64,000 bases of DNA from Patescibacteria group bacterium (GTDB lineage Bacteria > Patescibacteriota > Microgenomatia > UBA1400 > MFAQ01). The position numbers and the translations under genes were made by a program. Below, one piece after another: positions 48,259 through 58,211 of this stretch. The stretch is from positions 1,067 through 65,066 of the forward strand of contig JAHJQJ010000083.1 of assembly GCA_018819325.1 (NCBI GenBank). Direction: 5' to 3'. A model generated the notes under the pieces. The model saw nothing but the letters and a program-made list of their open reading frames with translations. It did not search any database and was not told the origin of the DNA. Position 1 is the stretch's first letter. Each line of letters begins with the position of its first letter.

Positions 48259-49317
48259 CTAAATTTTTCTATACCTACTGCTTCTGGCCTGACCAATTCT
48301 TTCTAGTAATTGGCATTTTACCAGCCTGGATAAGGCTTGTTTAATGGTTGGTTGTGGCATTTTACCCCTAAGTAAGGTGTTAATATCGGCTACGCTTAAT
48401 GTTTTGCCTTTAGAGAACAAATGATAAACTTCTAGTTGTTTCTTGGACAAAAGTTTTTCTGGCTGATCTTCTTCTATAATTTTTCGGGCTCTGTTTGCCT
48501 GCACAAGAAGAGCTTCAAGAAAATACTTAACCCACGGGGTAATATCCTGATGGTTGGTTTTATGATTTTTTTGAGTGGCTCGCAACGCCAGATAATAATC
48601 TGTTTTTGTTTCTTCAATAATTTCGTCTAAAGAAACATAGGGGATGTATTCGTAGCCGATTTTAAGAAGTAAGAGATTGGTTAGGGCGCGACTCATTCGG
48701 CCATTGCCATCTTTGAAGGGGTGGATTGCCAAAAACTCAAAAATAAAATTTGCAACAACTAAGAGTGGATGAACCTCTCCTGTTTTTAGTTGTTTATTTG
48801 TCCAGTTAAGAATGGTTTCCATTTCTGGTTTTACGAGATAGGGAGCCGTAGGTTTAAATAAGATTACCTGTTCACCCTGTTTGTTAAACATAACTACCGT
48901 ATTGGATCCGGATTTATATTTCCCCTTATGGATTTGGTCTTTTTTGGAGAAATGCAAGAGGATACTGTGAAATTGTAGAATCCAATTTTCGGATAATTTA
49001 AGTGTGCGCCAATTGTCAAAAATCCTGCCAATTAAATTAGCATAGCCCGCTACCCCTTGTTCGTCTCGACTCTTTGGAGCTTTGACTTTCAGACCGCGTA
49101 AAAAACGGGCAATTTCTTCATCTGTCATTTGCGCACCTTCAATACGGGTACTGGCGCCAGTTGAGGTAATAATGACCCATTGCTTAAGACGCCCCAAAAT
49201 TTGAGGACTTAATTTAATTCCTCCTTGCCAGAGCCCCTTAAATTCATCGATTTTACCGATTGAAGCCAAGATACTTTGAGTTAGTTTGATGCGCTGATTG
49301 AGTTGATTTTTGGACAT
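48259..49317 (-). CDS. Fic-domain protein (class II, STRIEG inhibitory motif)
   Basis: HPFKDGNGRMSR. Confidence 0.9.
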   Translation of the reverse strand: MSKNQLNQRIKLTQSILASIGKIDEFKGLWQGGIKLSPQILGRLKQWVIITSTGASTRIEGAQMTDEEIARFLRGLKVKAPKSRDEQGVAGYANLIGRIFDNWRTLKLSENWILQFHSILLHFSKKDQIHKGKYKSGSNTVVMFNKQGEQVILFKPTAPYLVKPEMETILNWTNKQLKTGEVHPLLVVANFIFEFLAIHPFKDGNGRMSRALTNLLLLKIGYEYIPYVSLDEIIEETKTDYYLALRATQKNHKTNHQDITPWVKYFLEALLVQANRARKIIEEDQPEKLLSKKQLEVYHLFSKGKTLSVADINTLLRGKMPQPTIKQALSRLVKCQLLERIGQARSSRYRKI

Positions 49318-49475
49318 AGGAATTGAATATAATTAACTATATTCAATAGTATACGATAGTATCTGAAAAGTCAATCTGACTCAAATGTTCCCACGTTGGC
49401 CTTTCTGTAAAGGGCTAGAGGAGAGTCCTCTAAGTACAGAAAGGACAGTCCCCTTTTTGAGTGGTGGGCAGATAT

Positions 49476-50204
49476 TTAAACTCCTGCCAGTTCTTTTTTT
49501 AGGGCAGTGGGGAGATCCTTGATAATTTGCCAAAAACTTTTTGGTAAAAATCTTTTTAACTCAAAGGCTAACTTGTCTTTTGATAATTTAGTCGTTAGCT
49601 CTAGAATTTTTTTTCTTTGCTGGTTGTCAATCTTTAACAATGGTCGAAAGTCATCTTTTCGAAGGATAAAATAGAGGTCAAAAAAATCTCTAACCTTAGA
49701 TCGGTCAAGCAGGGCGGCGACTTTTTCTGCTATTAGTAGTTTTCTGTCTAGCAAGTAAATACTATAACTTGGAAAGATGTTTGAGGCTATCAGAACGTTT
49801 TCTTTGATAAGTTTATCTTGAGGTCTAAAAGAAATCTGGTTTTGAATTTCAATTTTCTGGTTAAATAATTCAACTTCTATAACCGCTAGATGCCCGCCAG
49901 AAGTTAGTTTTGATTCTTTTAAATCGACCCCTATTCCTTGGGTGGATAATTCTATTAAAACCGTCTCTAGAATTTTTTCGTAAGTATTGGAATTTTTTTC
50001 CCCTGAAAAATCTAAATCCTCAGAAAACCTTGGAGATCCAAACGCTAATCTTAAAGCTGTGCCGCCTTTAAATAAAAAGTTTTGGCTATTTTCTTGGCTA
50101 TAAAAACTCTTTAGAAAAAGGTGCTGAACATACTCTCTTAATATATTGCTTAGGCTTGTTTCTGATTTGGTGGCATGGTTTTTTAAAAAATTTTCGTCTA
50201 TCAT
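49476..50204 (-). CDS. AbiEii nucleotidyltransferase toxin (type IV TA)
   Basis: FKGGTALR..RFSEDLDF, EK..A..R...RD.FD. Confidence 0.9.
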   Translation of the reverse strand: MIDENFLKNHATKSETSLSNILREYVQHLFLKSFYSQENSQNFLFKGGTALRLAFGSPRFSEDLDFSGEKNSNTYEKILETVLIELSTQGIGVDLKESKLTSGGHLAVIEVELFNQKIEIQNQISFRPQDKLIKENVLIASNIFPSYSIYLLDRKLLIAEKVAALLDRSKVRDFFDLYFILRKDDFRPLLKIDNQQRKKILELTTKLSKDKLAFELKRFLPKSFWQIIKDLPTALKKELAGV

Positions 50205-50806
50205 AAGCGGTGATTTAATAGTTGACTGGCAAAGGAAATCAGTTTTGGTTTAAGAAATAATTTTAAGTATTTTTTAAGCTGAACGAAGTCAAGAGTCTTT
50301 GTTTTTAATCGATCGTTGTAATTTCTTTTGCCCAGAAAGACATAGTAAAGAAAGTCGGCCACTGCTTTTTCTGGAGTAGCAATGAAAATAGTTTCTTGGG
50401 CGATAACTTTGGGAACATAGCCAGTATAAGCTGACTTTTTGATACGGCGATAATCGAAAAGTAAGTTGCCAACTTTGAACTCTCTGGTGGCTTTAGTAGT
50501 GACCGAAGAAATGGCGTAAATTGTTTCTGGTATTAATTGATAGTAAGAAAGAGCTGAGTCTAAGGAAATATAGGAAGGAGAATAGAGGTGGTTGGCAATG
50601 GAAAACTCTGATGGTGAGTTGTCTTTTAGAGCATAAATGCCCGCTTTAAGGCGGACAAAAACACCTTTTTTGACGTTGTAAGACAAAAAGGCTTGAGTGG
50701 CTCTTTGGGTAGTGTTAAACATGGCTTTTAGATCATCAGTAGTAAAGATTTTTAGATTAAGTGAAATTAGGCGGTTTTTTACTTGATGTGAATTCAGTTT
50801 CTTCAT
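50201..50806 (-). CDS. AbiEi antitoxin
   Basis: PSYISLDSAL.YY.LIPE, ATPEKA..D. Confidence 0.85.
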   Translation of the reverse strand: MKKLNSHQVKNRLISLNLKIFTTDDLKAMFNTTQRATQAFLSYNVKKGVFVRLKAGIYALKDNSPSEFSIANHLYSPSYISLDSALSYYQLIPETIYAISSVTTKATREFKVGNLLFDYRRIKKSAYTGYVPKVIAQETIFIATPEKAVADFLYYVFLGKRNYNDRLKTKTLDFVQLKKYLKLFLKPKLISFASQLLNHRL

Positions 50807-50928
50807 AATATTATGGTATATCTGAATTGGAGGCTTGTCAAGCAGGCGATTTTTTGGTAGTTGCTTGTTTATTATTTAATGTATAGTTAATATGTATTAA
50901 CAACTTACTTAAGTAATAACTGCCCGTT

Positions 50929-51498
50929 ATGAAAATATATTTTACTGCCCCGCTGAAAGGAGGCGTGTCGTTTGATAAAAGATACCAACTAATTGAAAAA
51001 ACATTAGAAGGTTTGGGGCATAAAGTTTTGGCTGGTCAGGCAATTAAAAAAAGTCTAGAGAAAAAGAATTACAACAAAAAAGAATCGGTCAAGATATATA
51101 GACAACTATATAGAACACTAAAATCAGTAGAGATTGCTATTGTGGATATCTCAAACCCTAGTTTATCGGTTGGATATGAGATTTCTTTGGCGCTTGAGCT
51201 TAACAAGCCGGTGATTGCTATTCATTTTAAAAGCAGACGGTACCACCTGCTTAATTCTATACCTAATGAAAAGTTGCAAATTGTTCGCTACGACAGTAAA
51301 AACCTAAAAAGGCAGTTAGAAAAAGCGATTAAGACTGCATTAGATATGGTTGATGTTCGTTTTAACTTTTTTATTACCCCCCAACTGCTTTCATATTTAG
51401 ATTGGATTTCCGGTAAAAGACGAATTCCTAGATCTGTGTTTATTAGGGGCTTAATAGAAAATGACATGGAGAAAAACAAAGAGTATTTAGAAGATTAG
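50929..51498 (+). CDS. Nucleoside 2-deoxyribosyltransferase-like domain plus RHH-like C-terminus
   Basis: KIYFTA, S.PS.SVGYEI..A...KPV; C-terminal VRFNFFI..LD..PRS.FIR.LI. Confidence 0.6.
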   Translation: MKIYFTAPLKGGVSFDKRYQLIEKTLEGLGHKVLAGQAIKKSLEKKNYNKKESVKIYRQLYRTLKSVEIAIVDISNPSLSVGYEISLALELNKPVIAIHFKSRRYHLLNSIPNEKLQIVRYDSKNLKRQLEKAIKTALDMVDVRFNFFITPQLLSYLDWISGKRRIPRSVFIRGLIENDMEKNKEYLED

Positions 51499-51689
51499 GT
51501 ATCTGTTTTACGGCTTGGCTTGACAAAGGTAGTTGTTGTATGTTTTGATGTAGTTATATATTAAATATGAGTTTATTATATATTTAATGTATATTTACTG
51601 CTAATGAACAAAATAACTGCCCAACCCACTTTGCCTATTTCAAATTTATTATTTTTGAATAATACATAAAGGAAAGGGGGTGAGAAAGA

Positions 51690-52304
51690 ATGAATGAAAA
51701 AAGAATAGCACTAGGAGTTTTAGTTTTAATAGCAGTAATTGGAGGAACATTTGCCGTTACCCGTGCCTTCTTCACCGATACTGAGACCAGCACCGGCAGT
51801 ACATTTACTGTTGGTACTTTAGACCTGGACGTTGGAGGAGCTAATGGCTCAAACGTTGAGCCCTTTGTTATTGAAAACATAGGGGATACAGGCGATATAG
51901 ATGGTTCCAAGGTTTGGACGGTTAACAATACTGGATCTTTACCTGGACGCCTTTACTTTAAGTTAGACAACGTTTTAAACTATGAAAATGGCTGTAATGA
52001 GCCTGAAGCATTAGTTGACGTAACTTGTCTAGACCCAGGAGTAGGAGAAGGTGACTTGGGTGGTGTGGTTACGATTCACGCTTACCTTGATGGAGTAGAA
52101 AAAGCTTCGTCTACCTTAGCAAGCGCAAACCAGGCCGTGATTGGTAATACATGGACGGCTTTGCCAGCGATGACTATCCCTGCAAACAGCAGTGTCCAAG
52201 TAATGTTGGACTGGTCTACTGGTGAAAATGATTATGGTAACGAGATCCAAAGTGACAGCATCACATTTGATGTTGGTTTTGATCTAGTACAGATAATCGA
52301 CTAG
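51690..52304 (+). CDS. TasA/camelysin-family protein with SipW-type signal
   Basis: TRAFFTDTETSTGSTFTVGTLDL, V.NTGSL, N..Q.D...FD..F.L.Q; strong SD GAAAGGGGGTGA. Confidence 0.8.
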   Translation: MNEKRIALGVLVLIAVIGGTFAVTRAFFTDTETSTGSTFTVGTLDLDVGGANGSNVEPFVIENIGDTGDIDGSKVWTVNNTGSLPGRLYFKLDNVLNYENGCNEPEALVDVTCLDPGVGEGDLGGVVTIHAYLDGVEKASSTLASANQAVIGNTWTALPAMTIPANSSVQVMLDWSTGENDYGNEIQSDSITFDVGFDLVQIID

Positions 52305-52318
52305 AACCTTTCTTGCCA

Positions 52319-52346
52319 ACAGGGGACCATTAATATGTCCCCTGTT
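52319..52346 (+). terminator. Hairpin after the first TasA-like gene
   Basis: ACAGGGGAC..GTCCCCTGT. Confidence 0.45.
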
Positions 52347-52362
52347 GAGTGAGAAATTAAAT

Positions 52363-52863
52363 ATGAAAAAAACACTAAATATTATTGTTGGAATATTTTC
52401 TTGGATCCTTATTGGTTCCTTTGTGGTTATATTAGGAATGACTTTACTGTCTAACTTGAATTTATTGCAGGGATATCGCTCTTTTTTGGTTCAGTCGGGG
52501 TCTATGGAGCCTTCGATTATGATTGGTGACGTAGTAATAACCACCAAGGCAAGGCAGTACCACCAAAATGACGTGGTTACTTTTAGAGACAATGACGGCA
52601 GAACGGTTACCCACAGAGTTATTGAGATTGAGAAGACGAACTACACGCCACTATTGGTTACCAAAGGAGACGCTAACGATACTAAAGACAGACATAAAAT
52701 TAATACAGATCAGGTTTTGGGTAGGGTTAGTTTGGTAATTCCAAAGCTGGGCTTTGTGATTGCTTTTTCTAGAACACCAATTGGTCTTTTGGTATTGGTA
52801 ATTATTCCGGGTGGAATCATTGCTGCTGATGAAATAAAGAACATTTTTAAGAAACGTGAATAG
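52363..52863 (+). CDS. sipW: Signal peptidase I, SipW/ER type
   Basis: VQSGSMEP..GD, VTHRV, TKGDAN. Confidence 0.85.
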   Translation: MKKTLNIIVGIFSWILIGSFVVILGMTLLSNLNLLQGYRSFLVQSGSMEPSIMIGDVVITTKARQYHQNDVVTFRDNDGRTVTHRVIEIEKTNYTPLLVTKGDANDTKDRHKINTDQVLGRVSLVIPKLGFVIAFSRTPIGLLVLVIIPGGIIAADEIKNIFKKRE

Positions 52864-53443
52864 GAGGGTAGCTTTAAGAATAGCTTTTTTCTTTATGATG
52901 TCTATTTTGCTTTTTAGCGGTGCCACTGATGCTGATATTTCTGACAGTGAGGTGAGCACGGGCAATACTTTTACTGCCACGACTTTGGATATTACCCAAA
53001 ACCAGACTAGTAATAACCTGCCTATTTCTTCATTGTTTAATGTAACCTCATTGGTTCCTGGTGGTTTTGATATAAGGGCGATGAGAATACTGAAAGCAGG
53101 GAAGATGGATTTTAATTACCGAATAATTGCTAATAAAACAATTGGAGATGATAACTTTTGCCAATCTTTAACGCTGGTTCTTCTTCAAGACTGGCAGATT
53201 AAGTACGAGGGAGTGATGAATGACTTGGTTTTGGATGACAGGATTAACGAAAATGGGATTGACGACTGGATTATGCTGGTGAAACTTAGTAGCAATGACC
53301 AAGCTTTAGTTTTAAAGGAATGCCAATTTGACATTATCTTTAAGACCTGGAAGAATGACCCATATGAAACAAACGGGTTCTATGATGAAGAGATTATTAC
53401 CAACCGAGTCACCAGTGGTAGCTGGGCAAATAATGAAGAATAG
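52856..53443 (+). CDS. Second TasA-like SipW substrate
   Basis: GATDADISDSEVSTGNTFTATTLD, LVPG. Confidence 0.7.
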   Translation: MNRRVALRIAFFFMMSILLFSGATDADISDSEVSTGNTFTATTLDITQNQTSNNLPISSLFNVTSLVPGGFDIRAMRILKAGKMDFNYRIIANKTIGDDNFCQSLTLVLLQDWQIKYEGVMNDLVLDDRINENGIDDWIMLVKLSSNDQALVLKECQFDIIFKTWKNDPYETNGFYDEEIITNRVTSGSWANNEE

Positions 53444-53936
53444 TATCCACGCCATATTAATTGTTTGGATTGTAGTTATAGCAATGTTAGATGTTGTAAC
53501 CTCTGCTAAAAACTTACCAGGTGAAGTTAGGTTCTACACGATGGAATTAAATTCCATGGGTCCGGCTGTTCCGGCAAATAGTTTAATTCTTACTAAGCCA
53601 TATCCTAATTATCTTGTTAATGAGATTATCACTTTTGAGTTCCCCGGTAGTAAAGAAACTGTAACTCACCGGATTGTTAACTTATATGAACAAAATAATC
53701 AAACCTATTATATTACCCAAGGGGATAATAATGAGGCGGTTGACAGAAGACTTATCCCTATAGAAAATATTTTTGGTAAAGCGACTGCTGTAATTCCTTT
53801 ACTGGGGTGGTTGGTTAAGTTTGTAGACACAGAGCTGGGGCTTATATTACTGGTGGCCGTACCGGCAACCTTGGTGGTAAGAAGAGAAATTATGGTTATT
53901 AAAAGGGAGATTAAAAAAGGTATGCGTAAGGGTTAG
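53433..53936 (+). CDS. Second SipW-type signal peptidase
   Basis: NSMGP, VTHRIV, TQGDNN; start MKNSIH. Confidence 0.75.
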   Translation: MKNSIHAILIVWIVVIAMLDVVTSAKNLPGEVRFYTMELNSMGPAVPANSLILTKPYPNYLVNEIITFEFPGSKETVTHRIVNLYEQNNQTYYITQGDNNEAVDRRLIPIENIFGKATAVIPLLGWLVKFVDTELGLILLVAVPATLVVRREIMVIKREIKKGMRKG

Positions 53937-54814
53937 GCACTTATCTTAGAAATTTTCCAGATGCCTTTTTCTCTAAATGCTGGAATTGTTTGGCGCTTGG
54001 CCTTGTTGAGTAAAATAGAAGTGGATTCTTTTTCTGCCTTGGCGTACTGAGATAGTTTTATAATGGTATTACCTTTAAGGTAAGCAATTCTTTTGTGCAT
54101 TGATTCCAGTAATGCTAGGGTTAGTATTTTTTCCATAGATGTAGATTTTTGGCTATTTCGGTATTCGCCAAAGGATTTGTAGTATAGAGATTTTTCTTTA
54201 TCGCGAATAATTATGGGCGGAAAGCCAAGCTGTGTTAACTGATAGTTAATAAGTACTCGACCAATACGACCGTTTCCGTCTATAAATGGGTGGATGTTTT
54301 CAAACTCTAGATGAAACTGGGCAATTTTTTCTAGAAAATATTTTCTGTGATCGCTTGAGTACTCAACAAGGACCGACTCTATCATTCTATCTATATGTTC
54401 TGGTGCGGGTGCAATATGCATACCTACCCTGACGTACTCGTTTTTCTTTCTAAATCTGCCGGATATGTTTTCGTTGATATTTTCAATAAGCATTTTGTGC
54501 AATAGCAGAATTAGATCTTTATTAATATCTTTTACAGTTACCTTGTTTTTTATATACTCGGAAACCCTGGCTAAGTTTTTGGCTTCAAAAATCTCTATAA
54601 CAGAAACGTGACGTGAGGCTTCCATTTCCATTAAAATTTTTTCTGTTTCTGCTATGGTTAAGGTAGAACCCTCAATTGCGTTTGAGTTATAAACAGCCTC
54701 GGACAACTCTGTTTCAAATAAAATATCTAAAAGAGAGTCTTTACCCTTTTTCAAGGAGTCATAGTCTTTTTTAAGCCTGTTTATGTTTTGTCTGAGATTT
54801 TTAGTGATTGCCAT
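53933..54814 (-). CDS. Fic-domain protein
   Basis: YNSNAIEG, HPFIDGNGRIGR. Confidence 0.9.
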   Translation of the reverse strand: MAITKNLRQNINRLKKDYDSLKKGKDSLLDILFETELSEAVYNSNAIEGSTLTIAETEKILMEMEASRHVSVIEIFEAKNLARVSEYIKNKVTVKDINKDLILLLHKMLIENINENISGRFRKKNEYVRVGMHIAPAPEHIDRMIESVLVEYSSDHRKYFLEKIAQFHLEFENIHPFIDGNGRIGRVLINYQLTQLGFPPIIIRDKEKSLYYKSFGEYRNSQKSTSMEKILTLALLESMHKRIAYLKGNTIIKLSQYAKAEKESTSILLNKAKRQTIPAFREKGIWKISKISA

Positions 54815-54890
54815 GGATTTATTTTACTATATTCACGCTAAAATGTCAATATACCGTGAATTTATACTAAAAGTGGCACAAATTCACGTT

Positions 54891-57488
54891 TTAGGCGGTC
54901 TGGGGGTAGTGGCAGGTTTTGAATTTTTTGAGCGAACCGCACCAGCAAGGGTCGTTGCGACCAAGTTTTTTAGGTTTGGCCACCTCGGGAGAGGGAGTTG
55001 GTGGTGGAGTGGCGGGACGGGCTTGGATGCGGAAGATACGGCGGGCAATTTGACTGTCCATTTTGTTTAAGAGCGATTCGAACAAAGAGTAGGCTTCTTT
55101 TTTGTACTCTACTACCGGGTCTTTTTGAGCGTAACCTCTTAGACCGATGCCGTCCCGCAGTGAGTCTAGGGTGTCTAGGTGTTGCATCCAGAGCTCGTCG
55201 TAGGTTCCTAGTTGGACGAATTTTTCTGCTTCTCTGGTTGTTTCTTTACCCAACCCCAGCTCTTGCTCTTTTCTTGCTTGGGCTACTATGTTGTTGAATA
55301 ATTTGTTAATTTCTTTTGGGGTTTGACCTACCAACCTTTTTTCTAAAGGATCAGCCGACTGAGGGTGTAGGGGTAAGATTAGCTGGAACTCTTTTATTAA
55401 ACGATCGGCGTCATCTTTGGTTAACTTATCAAAATAGGGAACAAGAAGGTTGTCTACTTCTTGGGCAAGAAGTTCATCTGTCTCTTGCTTTAAACCGCTT
55501 GAGTCGTTTATTTTTTCTAGTATTTGTTGGCGTTTCTTGTAGAAAATGTCTCTGTGTTTGTTTAAAACGCCGTCGTACTCGACCACGTTTTTTCTTTGAT
55601 CAAAGTGGAAAGATTCTACCTTAGCTTGGGCTGTTTCTATGGCTTTGGAAACCATACCTGCTTCTAGGGGTTGATCTTCCGGGACTTTTAGTAGATCCAT
55701 TAACCTTGAAACACGGTCACCACCAAAGATACGCATAATATCATCCCCTAGTGAAACGTAAAAGCGTGACGATCCGGGGTCACCCTGACGGCCGGACCTG
55801 CCCCTGAACTGGTTGTCTATTCTTCTGGACTCGTGTCTGACGGCGCCAATAATATGGAGACCACCCAGCTTTACAACTTTTTGGTGTTCTTTTTGCCAAT
55901 CGGCTTTGGTTCTACCAGACGGATCGCCACCCAAAACTATGTCTACTCCCCTGCCAGCTATATTAGTAGCCACGGTGACACCACCTACTCTACCGGCTTG
56001 GGAGATTATTTCTGCTTCGTTTTCGTGATTTTTAGCATTTAGAACTTGATGTTTTACTCTTTTCTTTTTTAGGAATTGAGTAATTATTTGGTTTTGGTCT
56101 ATTGATTTTGTACCAATAAGAATGGGTTGGCCCTTTTTATTTCTTTCTATTATTTCTTGAACGATTTTGGAGTATTTAGCTGCCTGGGTTTTATAAACAA
56201 TGTCTTGATTGTCCGTTCTTTGTACTGGTTGATTGGTGGGAATAACGACTACGTCTAGGTCGTAGATTTTTTTAAACTCTACTTTTTCGGTAACGGCGGT
56301 ACCTGTCATGCCAGCCAGTTTTTGGTACATTCTGAAATAGTTTTGTAAAGAAATGGTGGCTAAGGTTTTTGATTCTTGCTGAATTTTTACGCCCTCTTTT
56401 GCCTCTATAGCTTGATGAAGTCCGTCGGAGTAACGCCTGCCGTACATTAACCTGCCGGTGTGTTCGTCTACTATTATTATTTGGTCATCTTTGACCACGT
56501 AGTCTTTGTCTTTGGCGAACAAGGTTCTAGATTTTAAGGCTTGCTCTATGTGGTGCAGGGTTTGGTAGTCTTGCTCGTATAAATTTTCTACTTTTAGAAT
56601 TTTTTCTACTTTTCTTAGACCGTGGTCGGTAAGATTGACGGTTCTTTGTTTTTCGTCTAAGTCGTAATCGGTGTCTTTTGAGAGAGAGGTAATAAGTTGA
56701 GAGAATTGGTAGTATTTTTGGGTTGGTTCGGAGTCTGGGGCGGAAATAATTAATGGAGTTCTGGCCTCGTCTATTAAAATTGAGTCAACCTCGTCTACTA
56801 TGGCAAAGTGGTGCTCACGCTGGACCTGGCCTTCTAAGCTTCTGGCCATGTTGTCTCTTAGATAGTCAAAACCAAACTCATTATTGGTGCCGTAGGTTAT
56901 GTCTGCTTTGTAGGCCTCACGTCTAGAGCAAGGTTTTAGGTTATGTAGTCTTTTATCGTGGTGAGTTTTGTCTTGGTAGTCAGGATCGTAGATAGAAGCG
57001 GGCTGGTCTCCCTTGCCGGAATAGATCACACCGGTGGAAAGACCTAAAAGGTGAAAGGCTGGGGCCATCCAACCCGCGTCTCTTTGGGCTAGATAGTCGT
57101 TGACGGTAACCAGATGAACGCCGCGGCCGGTGAGGGCGTTTAAGGCAATGGCAAGAATGGCGGACAGGGTTTTACCCTCCCCTGTTTTCTGCTCGGCAAT
57201 TTTTCCCTGGTGAAAAGCAATGGCGGCCATGAGTTGAACGTCGAAGGCGCGCATACTTGTAGTTCTTTTGGCGGCTTCACGGGTAAGTGCGTAAACTTGA
57301 GGCAAGATATCGTCTAATGTCTTGCCTTGAGATAATTCTTTTTTTAACTTGCCTATTTCTGCCTTGAGTTGACTGTCCTTAAGCTTAGACACACCCGATT
57401 CAAGATTGTTAATAAGGTCAACGGTTGCTTGGAATTTGCTTAGGTCTTTTTGATTTGAGTCAAAGAGGCCTTTTAGTTTTTGGAACAT
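54891..57488 (-). CDS. secA: Preprotein translocase ATPase SecA
   Basis: KTGEGKT, VDEVDS, GR.GRQGDPG, C-terminal SEC-C motif. Confidence 0.97.
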   Translation of the reverse strand: MFQKLKGLFDSNQKDLSKFQATVDLINNLESGVSKLKDSQLKAEIGKLKKELSQGKTLDDILPQVYALTREAAKRTTSMRAFDVQLMAAIAFHQGKIAEQKTGEGKTLSAILAIALNALTGRGVHLVTVNDYLAQRDAGWMAPAFHLLGLSTGVIYSGKGDQPASIYDPDYQDKTHHDKRLHNLKPCSRREAYKADITYGTNNEFGFDYLRDNMARSLEGQVQREHHFAIVDEVDSILIDEARTPLIISAPDSEPTQKYYQFSQLITSLSKDTDYDLDEKQRTVNLTDHGLRKVEKILKVENLYEQDYQTLHHIEQALKSRTLFAKDKDYVVKDDQIIIVDEHTGRLMYGRRYSDGLHQAIEAKEGVKIQQESKTLATISLQNYFRMYQKLAGMTGTAVTEKVEFKKIYDLDVVVIPTNQPVQRTDNQDIVYKTQAAKYSKIVQEIIERNKKGQPILIGTKSIDQNQIITQFLKKKRVKHQVLNAKNHENEAEIISQAGRVGGVTVATNIAGRGVDIVLGGDPSGRTKADWQKEHQKVVKLGGLHIIGAVRHESRRIDNQFRGRSGRQGDPGSSRFYVSLGDDIMRIFGGDRVSRLMDLLKVPEDQPLEAGMVSKAIETAQAKVESFHFDQRKNVVEYDGVLNKHRDIFYKKRQQILEKINDSSGLKQETDELLAQEVDNLLVPYFDKLTKDDADRLIKEFQLILPLHPQSADPLEKRLVGQTPKEINKLFNNIVAQARKEQELGLGKETTREAEKFVQLGTYDELWMQHLDTLDSLRDGIGLRGYAQKDPVVEYKKEAYSLFESLLNKMDSQIARRIFRIQARPATPPPTPSPEVAKPKKLGRNDPCWCGSLKKFKTCHYPQTA

Positions 57489-57511
57489 TGTAGTAATTAT
57501 AACGCGTTCTT

Positions 57512-57573
57512 GTCATTCTGGCTTATCCAGAATCGATTCTGGATGCGTTCGAAGACTCACTTACCAGAATGAC
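57512..57573. repeat. REP-like pair supplying the stop codon of the adjacent gene
   Basis: GTCATTCTGGCTTATCCAGAATC plus a 39-bp unit that is the exact inverse of one near 39517. Confidence 0.8.
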
Positions 57574-58210
57574 GAAAAAAGGAGATGACTAGATTGGAGG
57601 GGGTGCGGCAAGTGGTGGTAGTGAAGAATTTGTTTAGTTTTTTTAAGAATTCAAGGGTTTTTTGCTTGTGATTGTCCCAGAATAAACGGTTTATAAGCAC
57701 TACATGGCCAATTTTTTTTAAGGTTTTTAAGAATTTTATGTCTTCAAATACAGTGGGGATTCTGTAGCCCTGGTAGCAATCTACCAGGATTAAATCGTAC
57801 ACCTCCCTGTCATTCCCGCGCAGGCGGGAATCCATAACAAACTTTTCTGCGTCTTGGTTGATTATTTTTAAGTTGGGGATTTTACCTATTCCAAAGTACT
57901 CCTTGGCTATTTTTATGACCACGGGGTCTATTTCTACACCTGTCATTTTGGCTTTGGGCCATTTTTTACTTATTACCTTGGCAACAGAGCCAGCACCAAA
58001 ACCCAAAATCAAGACAGAAGAAAAACACACTTCCGAAGTGTGTTTTTTTAGGGCTTTGGCCCAGATTTTTTCTATTACTTGACCGGACTGGGTTAGATTT
58101 CCCATGTCTAGTCTTAGTTGGCCAGAAAAATTAACCAGTTGGATTTTGGTGTTGAATTTTGACTTGAAGGTTTTGATTACTTCTGGGGCAAAGTATGCTT
58201 TTACAGACAT
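57557..58210 (-). CDS. Class I SAM-dependent methyltransferase (spermidine-synthase-like)
   Basis: LILGFGAG, GVEIDP, DA..F, YDLILVD. Confidence 0.8.
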   Translation of the reverse strand: MSVKAYFAPEVIKTFKSKFNTKIQLVNFSGQLRLDMGNLTQSGQVIEKIWAKALKKHTSEVCFSSVLILGFGAGSVAKVISKKWPKAKMTGVEIDPVVIKIAKEYFGIGKIPNLKIINQDAEKFVMDSRLRGNDREVYDLILVDCYQGYRIPTVFEDIKFLKTLKKIGHVVLINRLFWDNHKQKTLEFLKKLNKFFTTTTCRTPSNLVISFFRHSGK

Positions 58211-58211
58211 G

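Noticed and set aside
43651-50806. Prophage suggested by Bro-N and KilA-N
   Set aside because: No terminase, capsid, tail or integrase; the genes are stand-alone, mostly with their own promoters.
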